NCBI RefSeq assembly: GCF_009914755.1 | Contig: NC_060937.1 | Strand: one strand, 5' to 3' | From: the human T2T-CHM13v2.0 reference genome, Homo sapiens | DNA: 64,000 nt | Part shown: positions 25,246-42,129 of the stretch, piece after piece | How positions within the stretch are numbered: the stretch's first letter is position 1 | Layout: every line of letters begins with the position of its first letter | The notes under the pieces: model-generated | What the model saw: the letters and a program-made list of their open reading frames with translations, nothing else | The model's database searches: none | What the model was told of the DNA's origin: nothing | Program-made: the position numbers and the translations under genes

Positions 25246-27415
25246 AATTGTGTTTTGTGGAATTTCAACCTGTTGAAATATGCCCATAAAATTCAAGTAA
25301 TTATTAGTAACTATCTTGCGTGAACATAATTAAACTGGGAACTCCAAAGCCACAGGCAGATCTAAAAAACAGTATCTGTCTCTAAGAGTAAACCTCTCTA
25401 AAATAAAGTTATTAAAAGTCTATACAAGTGCATTTACTTAGATAATTTTCTTTTGTTTTTAATTTGTGGAAATTTTTATTTCAGTCAAACTCTTAAGTTT
25501 CAAGTCAGTACCATTTTCATTGTAAAGCTCACCAAAAAATAAAACCTAAATCTTCACTTGTTTTTAAATAAAAAGATACGTTGTCAGCCTATACATTCAT
25601 AAACAACCTATTAACCACACCCAAGATTTGCTGGGGTTTATTATTATTCAAAAATGTTTCTATTTTAATTTGTATTTTTTCTTAAAGAATTTTGATAAAC
25701 CTCTGAGAATAAAGGTTAAAATTTGAAATTATTTTTATTTTCTGAGAAATTCGTTTTAGGTTTTTTAAATATTCAGTTTTATTAGGTGAATTCCAAGTGA
25801 ATATTTTAAATCTTGAAATAAAATGCAATACTTATGAGGAATTATTTTAAAACTTCTAACAAACAAAAGATTTTTAAAAGGCTTAAAATATCTAAATTTT
25901 ATTTTGAATTTAAAATAATACTAAAACTTTACTACAAATATTTAAAATCTATATCTCCATGCACCTAGCATGACTTTTATTTTATATTTTAATATCTCTT
26001 ACATGAAAAGCTAAGGATTAACTAAGAAGAAACAATATATGAACTCACCTTGCATGCAGTACAGTTGCAACAAGCAGTCTATTTCTATATTTAAGGTCCT
26101 ACTTCAGAAGTTCATGTTCTATCCACATTTGAATATTCAATTTTATACAATTTTAAGAATATACAGCTACAAAGCAGGTTCTTAAGACATGTCATAGAGC
26201 TCATCTGTGCCCTTAAAAAGTTCTTTAATGTACGGGACTATAACCACAGTTTAACCAATTTTACTATACTTTTGCTTTTATACATAATGCATTTAATTGA
26301 TTTTGCTTAAACCGTTTATGAGATGAAAAACATCTATTACTAAAATAACATTTTGTGATTTACCATAATGTAAAGTCACCCTTTAAGCTAAAAAAAAGTT
26401 CAATTAATAATTTTTGTTTGATTTTATTTCTAAGTAAAAGCCATATTTCAAACTCCTAGTACCAACCTAACAAATATTTATTGATTATAATCCTGGAAAT
26501 TTTTATTTTCTAATTTTATATTACTTTTGACTACTAATTTAAACCTTTATGTTTAAAATGATTTCTTTTCAAAGCAAGACACATTAATCAATGCTTTGAC
26601 ATTTTATTCCTACTTATAAAAATAATAGAATTTGCTCTATAATTAGTAAAACTCTTTTCTTTTTCACAACAAAATTGTGGACAATTAAAACGGTAAGGCT
26701 TTTCATAGTAACCAAAGAAAGCTCATTTAGAGTTGCCTAAGAGTAAAGGTTGTCTTTTTAATTTAAATAATATTTGTGATAGACTCTTAGGCCAGATCTA
26801 AACAAAACATAAAATTAGAAATTATGTGATCGTCTTTTCTTCTCTGACCATCATCACTCTGGAGTGCCTAAGGAATGAGTGATTGCCTTAAGCTACAGGC
26901 ACTAACAGACAACTATGCATAATGTATCTTATTATTATTACGTGTGTTTTATCATTAATTTATTCACTGTGTATCTCTGTTAACCAGCTTCAAACTACTT
27001 TTTAAAAAACATTTCTTAATGGACAAATTAGGAACCATATTACATATCAAAAACATGGGCTTATGTAGGAAATTAAAAGCATGAAGTATTGAGACTGCTA
27101 CTTGGTAACTACCAATTGTGTTTTGTGGAATTTCAACCTGTTGAAATATGTCCATAAAATTCATGTAATTGTTAGTAACTATCTTGCGTTAACGTAATTA
27201 GACTGGGAACTCCAAAGCCACAGGCAGATCTAAAAACAGTATCTGTCTCTAAGAGTAAACATCTCTAAAATAAAGTTATTAAACATAACTTTAAACTTTT
27301 AAAAAACATTTCTTAATGGACAAATTAGGAACCATATTACAAATCAAAAACATGGGCTTATGTAAGAAAGTAAAAGCATGAAGCATTGAGGCTGCTACTT
27401 GGCAACTACCAATTG
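25246..27415 (+). repeat. Complex local duplication: A 25246-25416, B 27000-27118, A' 27114-27283, B' 27297-27415
   Basis: Manual alignment: A/A' differ by 7 substitutions and 1 indel over ~171 bp; B/B' differ by 6 substitutions over 119 bp. Confidence 0.95.
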
Positions 27416-27495
27416 CTACTTAAATAATTTGCTTAACCTCCAAAATAGGTTAACCAAAACCGGGCCCGAACAGTATTTTGAGGGGAGCAGTGTTT

Positions 27496-27514
27496 GACTG
27501 CCCCCTAGTGGCCA
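27496..27514 (-). promoter_or_regulatory. Candidate CTCF binding site
   Basis: Minus strand TGGCCACTAGGGGGCAGTC is a near-consensus CTCF core, in a short GC-richer patch of AT-rich intron 1. Confidence 0.8.
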
Positions 27515-28401
27515 GACTCAAGGCATGCCTGGCATGGTCCTTTCTTACGGATGTCAGTTTCACTTGGCCACTCTGACTTGAGAAAAGGTTTTCCATCTGA
27601 ATTTTAATTTCACAACTTTATATTCATGCTGTGGATAGTTGTGAAAATCAATTATGTTTCAGGCCAGTCATCCCGAAGACTGACCTGCTTGCGGGCTGAA
27701 TGAAGCCCACTGTGAGGGAGGAGGAAAAAGATTGGGAACATGGGAGTTAAAACCTTTAGAGATGTGTTATCTCTGAAGACGCCAGCTAAATACATCTCAC
27801 AACAGATGCTTACTCGTGTGTTCATCTTACTGTGAATAAATATGACCAGATGTAATCAAAGAGTTTTAAGGCCTCTCACTTGAAGTGACAAAATTGCCTG
27901 CCATGTGAATTTTAGAGGCAAAATTGGGATGCTGCTTTCTAATAGGTTGATATCGAAAAATGGCACATTTTTATTCTGGAATATAGTAAACCAAATAAAA
28001 TTCAATTAACAAAGAATGATTTTGTATAAATAGTTATGCAACAAAAACTGCAACTAATTTTTAGCAGTACATATCTATTTAAGAGCCCAAGAATGGCTTG
28101 GTTTATTTATTTGGTAAACATATAACAACATTCTTTGGGTAAAATGAGTGTGCTTGTTTCACATGTGAAGTAGTAGTGGCATTAGAGGCCTAATTATCTA
28201 AAAACAAAAAATAAACCTCTCATATGCTTTACTCACCCGTACTTCCAGGTTTTTGCATGTATTTTAAAAAATTAAGTTTGCAGTGAAGGTCAATGTTGTT
28301 ATCAGAAAAGTGCTCCGAAGAGAAAATAAAACAGCTGATTCAACAGTCATGTGATAAACAGACTTTTGAGTGTTTTAAGATGTAAAAAGAATTGAGATTG
28401 A

Positions 28402-28775
<374 letters not shown>

Positions 28776-30086
28776 CTAGTCCTCCTTTCCCATCCTCCCC
28801 CTTCCCACTGTTCTGACTCGGGCCCCCTTGCTCCTGTTCAAGCCTCTCGCCTCTCCTTCCCATCTTTATTTATTCTCCCCTCCTCCCTGCCTCTGCAGGC
28901 ATCTGTCTCAGATGCTCTCCCGGCCTGTCTTTTCTCCATTTTCATGTCTCGCCCTCCTACCCCCATCCCTATCTTCTTGCTGTCCTCACCTCTGAAATCT
29001 CCCTTCTGCTCACCTTGGGCCTGCTCTTCAGCTCTCTTGCTCTCTGAGTTCCCATATCCTCCAACTCTGCCTTTGTCCTGGCTACATCCCATTCTCGGTA
29101 ACTCTCACACCTGCTCCATCCTGATTGGTCACATCTGGCTTTTCATTTCCACCTTGGAATACATCTATCCCTAGATTCGCCCCCTTAAGTATTCCTGTCT
29201 CTAATCACCTCCTGTCTTTGCCGAGCTCCCTCCCCAGGGGCTTCCTGGATCTTCTTTGTCTCCCTTTTTTGGCCTTTGCCTTCTTTCTATTATTTGTCTC
29301 TATCCCACAGTCTCCTGGCCCGACCAGTGGTCACCATGTCTGTTGCTTGCTAGAATACATGCCCAAATACCACCAAATGAATATTGTATCTCTGTATTAC
29401 TTCAATACTGGTGTGCTCTCTTTTTCTAGGTCCAATGATTTGTCTACAATTCTAAAATCCAGAAAGCTCAGAAAACTGAGTTGATCACCTTTGCCTACAA
29501 AATCTGGTCAGAATTGGCCAGGAGCTATTTAGATTCTTTATGCACTTATTGTAAAATTTCATACACTGTGCTATAGAAAAATGTTCATGTGTTTGCTTAG
29601 GGAACTTTGCCCCAGGTCAGTAGGAAACTATATAGTTCATAGCATGTGCATTAACTTTCTAAAATTCTAAAAAATGTTATAAATTCTGCAACATATCTCT
29701 CCAAAGGGTTTCTGCTATGATGGTACAGATCTCCATTAGCCATGCCCCTCTACAGATCACCAACTGTTCTGTGCCATATTATTCTCGAGTGGCATAATGG
29801 CTATTTTATTTGCCCAAGGAAATTCAGTGTTAATAGAATGTGTCTGATGAAGGAAAGATAATTTTAACTAATTCTCCTTTTCTCTGATTCCAGTTTATTT
29901 TCTATTCAATTGCTAGGTTTGTTTTTGTTTTCTTTTTTCAGTGACTATATTTTTTATTTGGATCATTCCAACTGCGTTTAAAGCTGTCTGTTTGGGGTTT
30001 TATAAACTTTCATTCTTATTTCATGATATATTCCTTCCATTAGTTCTTTGAGAATTTTAATCACGCAGAGTTTAAAATAGTCTTTA

Positions 30087-30388
<302 letters not shown>

Positions 30389-31299
30389 AAAGCTCTATCA
30401 TCTCTTTCCCAGGTATGAATTCCCCCTTTTTGCGGAGCCCTGGACATTTTCATAAAGTTGGAAGAATGTTTCTCCTGCACACAGCTCCTCAAAGTAGTCT
30501 CAGAAGTACTTCCACATAGCCCAGGGAGTGTTCAGGTCTGAACTGTCGCATCTCAGAGGTTTTGCCTGTGGGTGAACCAGTTCCAAATCTCATGCCCATT
30601 TGCAGTGGTATCACCACTTCTTTCCTTGCTGGCCATGAGCAAGCATTATTTAAATCACAATCTTGGGCGATCAGAGTTATTCCATACCCCATGCTTTGTC
30701 AGGGGCTGAGTCCCAATGCTTGGCTTCATGCAGATCCCAGCCTCTGCCAGTTGGGCTGCACTAAGCCCCTTTCTCAAACTGGCATTGAACCCAGTTGCGA
30801 TTGTTTCTGCAGTCCCGGCTCCCTGCAGAACAAGTGGTTTTACGTCCTCTCGCAACAGTGGCCTTTTCTGAATTCATGTTCTATGGAGAGCTTTCTCTCC
30901 TACAACCCAAATGTTTTCATGAAAAAGCATAGTATCAGTTTTTTCTGTGTCTGTGGAAGAGTATGATGTGAGAGCATATTCAGGGTTTTCTCACAATGGA
31001 TGACCTTGATCCAGAAGTTCAGCAAAGAAGGTAGACTTTGTCCTTCAGACTGTCCGTTTTCAAAGATTGGATATGGGTGAACATACAGACACCAGAGATC
31101 TGGAGTCGTGAAGTAAAGTGCTACACAAACGTTAAGAGATTAGGAGACGGGAGGCAGCAGAGCAACAAGGATGCTGGATTTGGGGTCAGCAAACCCATGT
31201 TCAAGTCATAGCCTTGACCTTGACTGGCGTTTGGCCTTCGGCATACCAAATAACTTCTCCGCTTCATCCACAATACTTACATAATTATCGAGTTTCCAA

Positions 31300-31456
31300 G
31301 AACCACTTGTCATGATGTCAGAGACATAGATTCCAGAACTCCAGCCCCTGATGATTCAATAGGTCTATGGTGGGTCATGGGCTCTGCACATTTAGGAAGC
31401 AGCCCAGGTGATTCTGATAAACCTGTTCAATGGATCATACACCTGGAAAAACTGGC
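31300..31456. mobile_element. MER5-like hAT-Charlie MITE
   Basis: 'agattccag..gattcaataggtct..gggctctgcacattt..cccaggtgattctgat'. Confidence 0.6.
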
Positions 31457-32905
31457 CAAAATATACATGGGCTTTTTTTTCTTTGAGATGCTAATTTTTG
31501 TTATATTCTTTGTATGTATCAGGATTGCTAATTGGATTCACCTGGATTGTTTGACACATTAATTCTACTTGAAACGGTGTTTTAAATTTGGGGGCAATGA
31601 GGACAAATTAAGTATTTGGTAAGGGAATAGCTGAATCTACATTGTCTACTTATCAATATAAAGTTTCTTAACAAATAGTATAGTTCAAAAACTGTAATTA
31701 ATATGCTAGTTTACCTATAGAGCAGACTTGATGTTAATTACCACTCCCACCTTTAAGAGAAATTAATAAACTCATAAGACAAATGGCTAAGGAAGAATCT
31801 CTTCTGATTTGGGGCCAGATTCTACTTCTTATTCATCACCTGGCTTTCTTTATCCAATTTTTTATTCGATTATAGCTCAGCCAGTAGACATTGAATAGGT
31901 CATTGCCTCTTTCTCTCTTTTTCTGTTATTCACACCTTGCCTGGGACATTCTGTTTCAACCCCACAGGCTAAAAAATAATATATCTATTGCTGTAGATAT
32001 TTCTACTCATAATTTCCTTTCATGTAAACCCATGGTATATAAGAAATGTAGAAGACACTGATTCTCTTTCATTCTGCCTTAAGAGCCACTGTAAAAGTAT
32101 TCCCTTAAAAGCCTCAAAATTCAATCTGAGGGTGAGATGATAGTTATGTAAACTTTCTTATACATAGGAAAAGGATAATAATCTACACTGAGTGTTACAG
32201 GAAAACTCTGTTCCCTTATTTGAAGCCATTTCCTTTTTGGCTGTTTCCTGTTTCCCACTTTAAAATGCCACTCTTACTGTAATAACTAAAGTTAAAATTA
32301 ACCACTTGGAAAAATAAATTGCCCTCCCTAAAAGCACAGGGTTGTGTACATGCTGTTATTTTTGTTCATTTTACCTGTGAATTGTAAGTTTTGAAAAGAA
32401 TAAAGCATGAGAAAATTACCTGTGCTGTGACCCGATTCTCAAAATTATATGGGCCACCTTACCCCATCCTACATAGATTCCAGCTGAAAAATTAAGAGAG
32501 GCCCTTTGCCACCGCTCCTCTTCCCTAGAAAATGGCTTAAAAAAAACAGAAGATGTTGCCAAGCAAGTTTTTCACTTAAAAAAACTGAACCATTGGTGTA
32601 AGATAAATGAAAAAAAGAAAATGAGCATAATGCTTCTATTACATGCACTCAACCCACACTGACATCATCATCAGCAGATGTATGCCCAAGTTTGGCCTAA
32701 GCTTCTGACATGGATTATCACTGAAGCACTGATGTGCTCTCCACTCCTACATATGGAGCTTTAGGTCTTTGTGGCTCACTTACAGAAACGGCATTGCTAT
32801 TCCGGAAAATGTTAATTAAGTTCAGACAACAATTTTTGAGGCATCTGCTATATACTAAGAACTGAAAACTTTTCTAGCCATTGAGAGAATCAAAATTAAT
32901 AAATT

Positions 32906-32955
32906 CCATTACTTTTAATGGCAAAAACCACAATTTATTTTGCACCAGCTTAATA
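32906..32955. mobile_element. MADE1 (mariner MITE) half-element
   Basis: ccattacttttaatggcaaaaaccacaatttattttgcaccagcttaata matches the centre and one TIR of MADE1; the other arm is missing. Confidence 0.85.
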
Positions 32956-33269
32956 GTATAATAATAATGACATGCTATAAATATTACATAGAGGTATGTG
33001 CAAGATGGTTTGGGTAGAAAAAAGGGAAAGTTTGTACTGAGGAGTGGTTTTGAAAAGTCTCAGTAAAGTTTTTGCAAAAATGACTTCTGAGATGATCATC
33101 AAAGAAATAGGAAATACAGAGAACAGAACATGCTACAATCTTAGTATCTTAATTATCTTAAAAGTCAGAGCTGCAAAGAATGTTTTCCTAACTGAATACA
33201 AGATAATTGTAAAAAGTGAAGGAGAACTGTCCACTGGCCCTGCTTGATCTGAAATCACTTTGGATGTTG

Positions 33270-35255
<1,986 letters not shown>

Positions 35256-35483
35256 AAAGTCAGGATCTGGCAGTTCCATCTCTGGAGCCTCTCATAAACG
35301 GAGTTAAAAACAAGTGACAAACTGCAAGAAAATATTTGTGAGTCACAGAACAGAGGACTAACCTCCCTAAAGAATTCTGGTTGCATTGCCCATTTCCGTT
35401 TTCTCACACATGGTTCAAAACACTGGTCCTGACTATTGCGTCAGGAATGAAAGTTTCACCGTCTCATCAGCATGAATTAGATG

Positions 35484-35552
35484 AAAGACAATCTTTTCAA
35501 AGGAATACATTTTTCATAAAGCCAAATGTATTCCTTTGAAAAGATTGTCTTT
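35484..35552. repeat. Perfect inverted repeat, 29-bp arms with 11-nt loop
   Basis: aaagacaatcttttcaaaggaatacattt (35484-35512) is the exact reverse complement of 35524-35552. Confidence 0.97.
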
Positions 35553-35719
35553 TCTTCTGTAGGTATAGTCTCTCTAATTTTTAACACTAAAATACTACTT
35601 TTCTAATAAATCAATGTTAAAATATATGGTAACTCAGAGTTTTAAAATCATCCTTATTTAACAAACTAAAACATTAGTGACTTTTGACAGGTTTCTCTAA
35701 ATTCTTTAATTGAATTTAT

Positions 35720-36540
<821 letters not shown>

Positions 36541-39458
36541 GGAAAGAAAGGAAACAATGAATGCAGAGTCTGAGAAAGCAAGGTCGAGGTGAGCACAGAA
36601 CATAGATGGAAGGCTTTACTATAGGAAAGACAAGAGATCTTCATTCTTTGTGCATCACAAAAGAAGAATCCAGGGACCTGGTCTAGTCCTGTGCAGTTTC
36701 CACACACTCAGCACGAGCAGTCTATGTGGATGGTACCCACGCTTATGTGAGGTGGGTCCTGCCCAAACATACACTGCAGCCTGGGATGCAGGTACATTCG
36801 TAAGTTGATGGGAATAGAATCTGGGATAATTCCCACTCAGAGGAAGAACAGCCAGTGAAAGTTCCATGGGACATAGCAGTCAATGAATCAGAGAAGAATT
36901 AAAAGAGAGGTGAAGGGACCAAGGTACCACCTTCTCTCCACATTTCTCAAACCAAGTTCCCATCGGGCTTCCCCTTGCCTGTCTCCTTCACAATCCCCCT
37001 TTCCATGGTCTTCTCCCCTTCACCCACCACACTGCCCATTCTCTCCATTCACTCGCCTCAGGCAGGCTTTAGGAAGAAGGTAGTCTCTCAACTCATGCAG
37101 AACGAGATGAATTTTACATACTGAAAGGTAAGATTTTAACCTAAAAGAATGCATCTCTAAAGGTGGAGTTTTGGCAGTTTACCAGTCAGCAGAAATAATA
37201 CTTTTGGAAGAGAAGTCTTCCTTCTTCCCTTAAATCCCTTATAACCCACCAACAGCCACAGCATTCTGTTTGTGACCCACATAAAGACACCCAGGCAAGG
37301 AGGATGTGGGGCTGACATCCATCCCTGGTAAGGATGAGGTTGGCAGTTTGAAATTCTCTTTTTTTCCAATGTAAATGAAAATGTATTGAGCCTACACTCT
37401 GTTCCACAAAGTTAGGCAGCATTTCCCCAAATCTGTCTTTCAAACATTAGGCAGTCATCTGAAGAAGGAGGGGGGTAATATTTTCTGCCCCCTCCCCCCC
37501 AAAAAATCTGTGGATAGGGTCCTGAGGGACTTTTACCAGCATGAAGTGTTTGCTTTGTCCCAGAAGAACACGACAGAAAATAGAGGTTGGGAGAAATTCC
37601 ATTAGGGCAGGAATCTCTGAAGTGGAAAGGAGGTGGGGTAAATATGTGTGAATGAAACTGGATCAAACTTCTGAATATAACGATTGATGTGGCCAAGAAA
37701 CACCATCCAGGCGGGGAGTACCAAACAGTTGCCTGAAAGGGTAAGATTGCCAAGTTTGGAAAACAACAACAACAACAACCACCAAGAGGCCAATTTCTCT
37801 TCGCCTACCTTAGCATTAAAGCCTTTTAAGAAAGACTTTCCTAGTTTTCTCCAAACAAACAACAAATCATCTATCCAACAAAGGTGGACTTTTAGTAAAA
37901 TTGACTCTTCGCAGAAGTAGGGGCAGGCTCTGGCCAGGTGCACTCCGCTGATGGAGCTACTTCTCCTTGGCTTCTCAGTGGAGCCGCCCGGGACAGTGCT
38001 GCTGCCCCCCTCAGAGATGCCAGCCCCTGAGTTCTTGGTAGTGATGGACGCTGTCTGCTTTGCTGACTGACAACAAACTGCGGCACATAGTAGGCACTTA
38101 GTTAACATTTCTGGATGCTAAATGAATGTTCCCTCTGGTGCTGCAGTTAGTTGGCTCTTTGGAACAGATGGCAAGGCTTGCCGGCAATTTCTATAGCCCC
38201 TCTGAGGCACCATTGCCATCCTTGGTGACCAGGTCGTCTGACTTTTGTTAAACACCACTAAGCGTGATGCACTCCTCCTTGGCCTATACCCCCCTGGAGC
38301 CATCGCCCCTGGTGTTAGAGCCAGAACATCTGGCTGAGAGGATACAGGCTTTCTTCAGCTTTATGTAGGACTAGCATTGGCAGAGAAATAGAGAAAGCAA
38401 AAAGGGACTTGTATATCTCCATCAATTCTTAAACTGAGGACCTGAAAGATGATTCTCACCTGTTGTTTCCCAATAATCCAGGGAAAGTGTTGATGGGGAG
38501 CAAAAAATAGCCTTGAGCAGCAATCCAGTTGGCTTTAAAAGGCCATCTAAACGTCATTTTAAAATCTCTTGGCACAGACACGTCCAGAATATTGACCAGA
38601 AGACAGAAGAAGGGTGACTACTGAGCAATTCTCTGTCGTATGTTCGAGCCTCCTCTCAGCTGTGTGTTTGGCAGAGGTCCCATGGAAACCACTGCAGAAG
38701 CCATCAGCACTGCTACCATGCGGGCATCCTCCATTTTTATAATCCCCAAGCTTCAGTAAAAACTGTCTCTTTCCACTTCCACAGAGAGCAGGAAGAATAG
38801 ACCACAGAATACACTTTCTACAGAGAGCTAGTGATTCTTTTTTCACTATGTACCAAGTACAGCAGGGGTTCTTAATTTTTATTTAATTTGTATAATGACA
38901 GAGTGGAATGATAAATGAAGTGCATGGAAGACTAAAAAATAATTTCTCATCAGAATAACAGCCTAAATCTGCTGCTTTGGGAAGCTTAAATTTTGAAAAG
39001 TGCTCTTCCTTCAATTCCTTTTTTTTTTATTTCTAAATGGCTCATTAATTCACATGTTCACTTAAAAAGTTACTGAGCACCAAGTAAGACATTAAGTTAG
39101 ACAATAGAGATGGAAGCCACAGAGAGAAAAGGGTGGGGAATACATTGTATTCATTTATTCTCCTTATACATAAAATTTGTGCTTTGAAATGTCTTCAGGA
39201 AGATGCCACTCTGGGGTGGAAAATGGGGAATGACAAGAAATGCAGTCGGCAGGTTCTATTCGTACATGTTCAGTCTCTTCCTCCCCTTCTTTGTCCACAC
39301 TTGTTAGATGCAACTCAATCTTTTTTCTAGGGAAAAGGAAACCATCTTGATGCCTTTTATTTGTGACAATTGATTGCTTGTTTGCCTCTGCCGCCTAGAC
39401 GTTCTGCATATGTGAGATGGGCATTTAGTTAGGTCCAGCCCTCAAAGAACTCACAGTC

Positions 39459-39761
<303 letters not shown>

Positions 39762-40209
39762 TCATAGTTATTTTCATAATAAACCCTGGAAGGAAACATC
39801 ACATGCCACCTTCAAAAGATCCTATTCACATTGCCTCACCTCTCTATTTCAAAATTCTCTTTAATCGAATGCTTAATCGCTTCTTCTAAACATTAAGAAA
39901 ATATTGTTAGGAGATTGTAAGGACATTTTCCTTGGTTATTTATCATTTACAGTCCTCCTTCAGCTTTCAAAAGAGATTTGAAATAAAATAAAAATCATAC
40001 ATGTGATATGGCTTTTAAGATGGAATAACATAAAGAAGTAGGGGAAGCTTTTATTTTAGTCCCTATTATTTCTTTCAGAGAAGTCACATAAAAAATCATG
40101 AAATGCTGAGGTACAGCAAGCTTCCATTTTACATAGAGCTTCCTTCTTAACATTCTATTTTCTTACATTGTATGGAAATTGCCTGTGTGCTGACATCAAC
40201 CCAGGGTTA

Positions 40210-40410
40210 CCATGGGCCAGGCACTCTCACCACTTCATAAGCATCAGCTTGTCTAGTCCCCAAAACATACCCACAAGGGAGATGCTCTCATTAATTCTAC
40301 TATAAATGTGAGGAAACTAAGATTTAAAGAGGTTAAGTAGCTTACCTGAGGTCACACAGCTAGTGAGTGGCAGAGAGAATTCTAATCCAGGTCTGAGTGT
40401 CTCTGAGGTG
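40210..40410 (-). mobile_element. MIR
   Basis: Core 'gaggaaactaag..agaggttaagtagcttacctgaggtcacacagctagt'. Confidence 0.85.
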
Positions 40411-40583
40411 CATTATCACTAACGAATGTGTTTAAATAGTGGGTCACATCCCATTAGGGGATCATGAAATCAACTTAGAGGCATGTGATCCCTTCTCAAC
40501 TGAATAAGATAGAATAGCAATGATCAAAGCTCATCCCACATAACTTTAAAAGAGTGATATTTCGGGAAATTTTGTTTTCATTA

Positions 40584-40702
40584 TGTGGATGTGGGTGTGG
40601 GTGTGGGCATGAGTGTGCGTGGGTGTGTGCTAGTGTGTGTGGGTGTGAGAGTGAGTGTGGGGGTGTAGGTGTGTGTTGGGAGCGTGGGTACGGCTGGGTG
40701 CA
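40584..40702 (+). repeat. G/T-rich low-complexity tract inside a probable hAT-Charlie remnant (~40435-40770)
   Basis: Degenerate (GTGG/GT)n; the flank 'gtgggtcac..tcatgaaatcaacttag' resembles Charlie-type MITEs. Confidence 0.6.
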
Positions 40703-41831
40703 TGCTGGATTGTGATATAAAATATATTTCTAACTGCAAATTACTGCCTTAAAAAATTTCTAAGCCACCACACAAAGATATATTGACTCTCTCGTTCATG
40801 TTCCAAACACAGGAGGACTACTCATTTTTATAAATCTGACTCCTATAGAAATCTTTACAAGCAAGAAATTAAGGGATTTTAAAATCTATGACACAGTATG
40901 CCTCTCCCTGCGTGAACAGGTTTAACAAGCCAACCCCAGTGCCATGCAGTGGAGAAGTCTTCCTAAAATAGTCACAGACTTGACTGGTCTTATGCCTAGC
41001 TGCCGGTAGTAAATCTTTCATCCACTACTGCAGCAATAGCAGAGAAAATGATTTTTGCTTTTGTAAGATCAAAATTCCAATGAGCAGAAAAGCATCCAAA
41101 AGCCACGCTCTGAGTCTTCCTCCTCAGTCAGAAAAGACCCAGAGGTTGTGGCCACACCAGCCTCCGAAGTGTGCACCAGCACACCCGGCTGACCCCAGAG
41201 AGGGCCAGAGGCTCTGCTTTTCCGTGCTTGCGGGATCTCCAGGGTCATCAGGACTAAATGACTCAAGCTGAAATGATCTACTCATCCTAAAAGCTTAATG
41301 TGCATTTGTAATTCAGACATAGCTTTGTTGCCTAAACTCCAACCCCTGCCCTTTAACAAATGACATCATTTGTTAATGAGAGCAGCAGGTTCTACCTCCT
41401 TTAGGAGAGTCTCCTGAGGGGCTTCTCTACAAGGCAGCATTTGCTTGAAGGGCTCAGGCCTCACAAGAGCATTTTCCCAAGAACCAAAGTAGACGTGCCT
41501 TCGTGTTCTCAGTCGTTTCCTCATCTTTATTTGGGGATATTAACGCCAAACATACACAGTTGCCATTAACATCAAATCAAGTAACTAGGAAATGCCCAGC
41601 ACAAAGTAGATGATGTTCCTACTGAAGTTTGTTCCTTATCCTTCTGCTATGTTAAAAATATCATCTCCCACACCCGCCCAAGGGAATTCTGGGTCATGAT
41701 GCTAGCCTTCAGCCAAAGTGCGTGGTTAGGAGCACTTTGCCCACATCCCTCATTCCCTTCAATGAGTCATGATGACCTATAGACATTCCTGTGTCTACAC
41801 TCTCCTTAAATCAATTTCTGTGAAGTTCCAA

Positions 41832-42129
41832 TTTTTTTTTTTTTTTTTTTGAGACTGAGTCAAGCTCTGTCGTCCAGGCTGGAGTGCAGTGGTGCCATCT
41901 TGGCTCGCTGCAACCTCTGCCCCCCAAGTTCAAGCAACTCTTCTGCCTCAGCCTCCTGAGTAGCTAGGACTGCAGCACGTGCCACCATGCCTGACTAATT
42001 TTTGTATTTTTAGTAGAGATAGGGTTTCACCATGTTGGCCAGGCTGGTCTCAAACTGCTGGCCTCAAGTAATTTCCCCACCTCGGCCTCAAAGTGCTGGG
42101 ATTACAGGCGTGAGCTACTGCACCTGGAC
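41832..42129 (-). mobile_element. Alu (antisense, intron 1)
   Basis: T19 tail followed by both arms. Confidence 0.95.

Noticed and set aside
32906-32955. miR-548-like hairpin from MADE1
   Set aside because: One terminal inverted arm is missing, so the long stem cannot form.
37602-38303. Overlapping ORFs in a moderately GC-rich patch (possible antisense gene or CpG island)
   Set aside because: No recognisable protein similarity, too few CpGs for an island, and only weak CTCF-like words.
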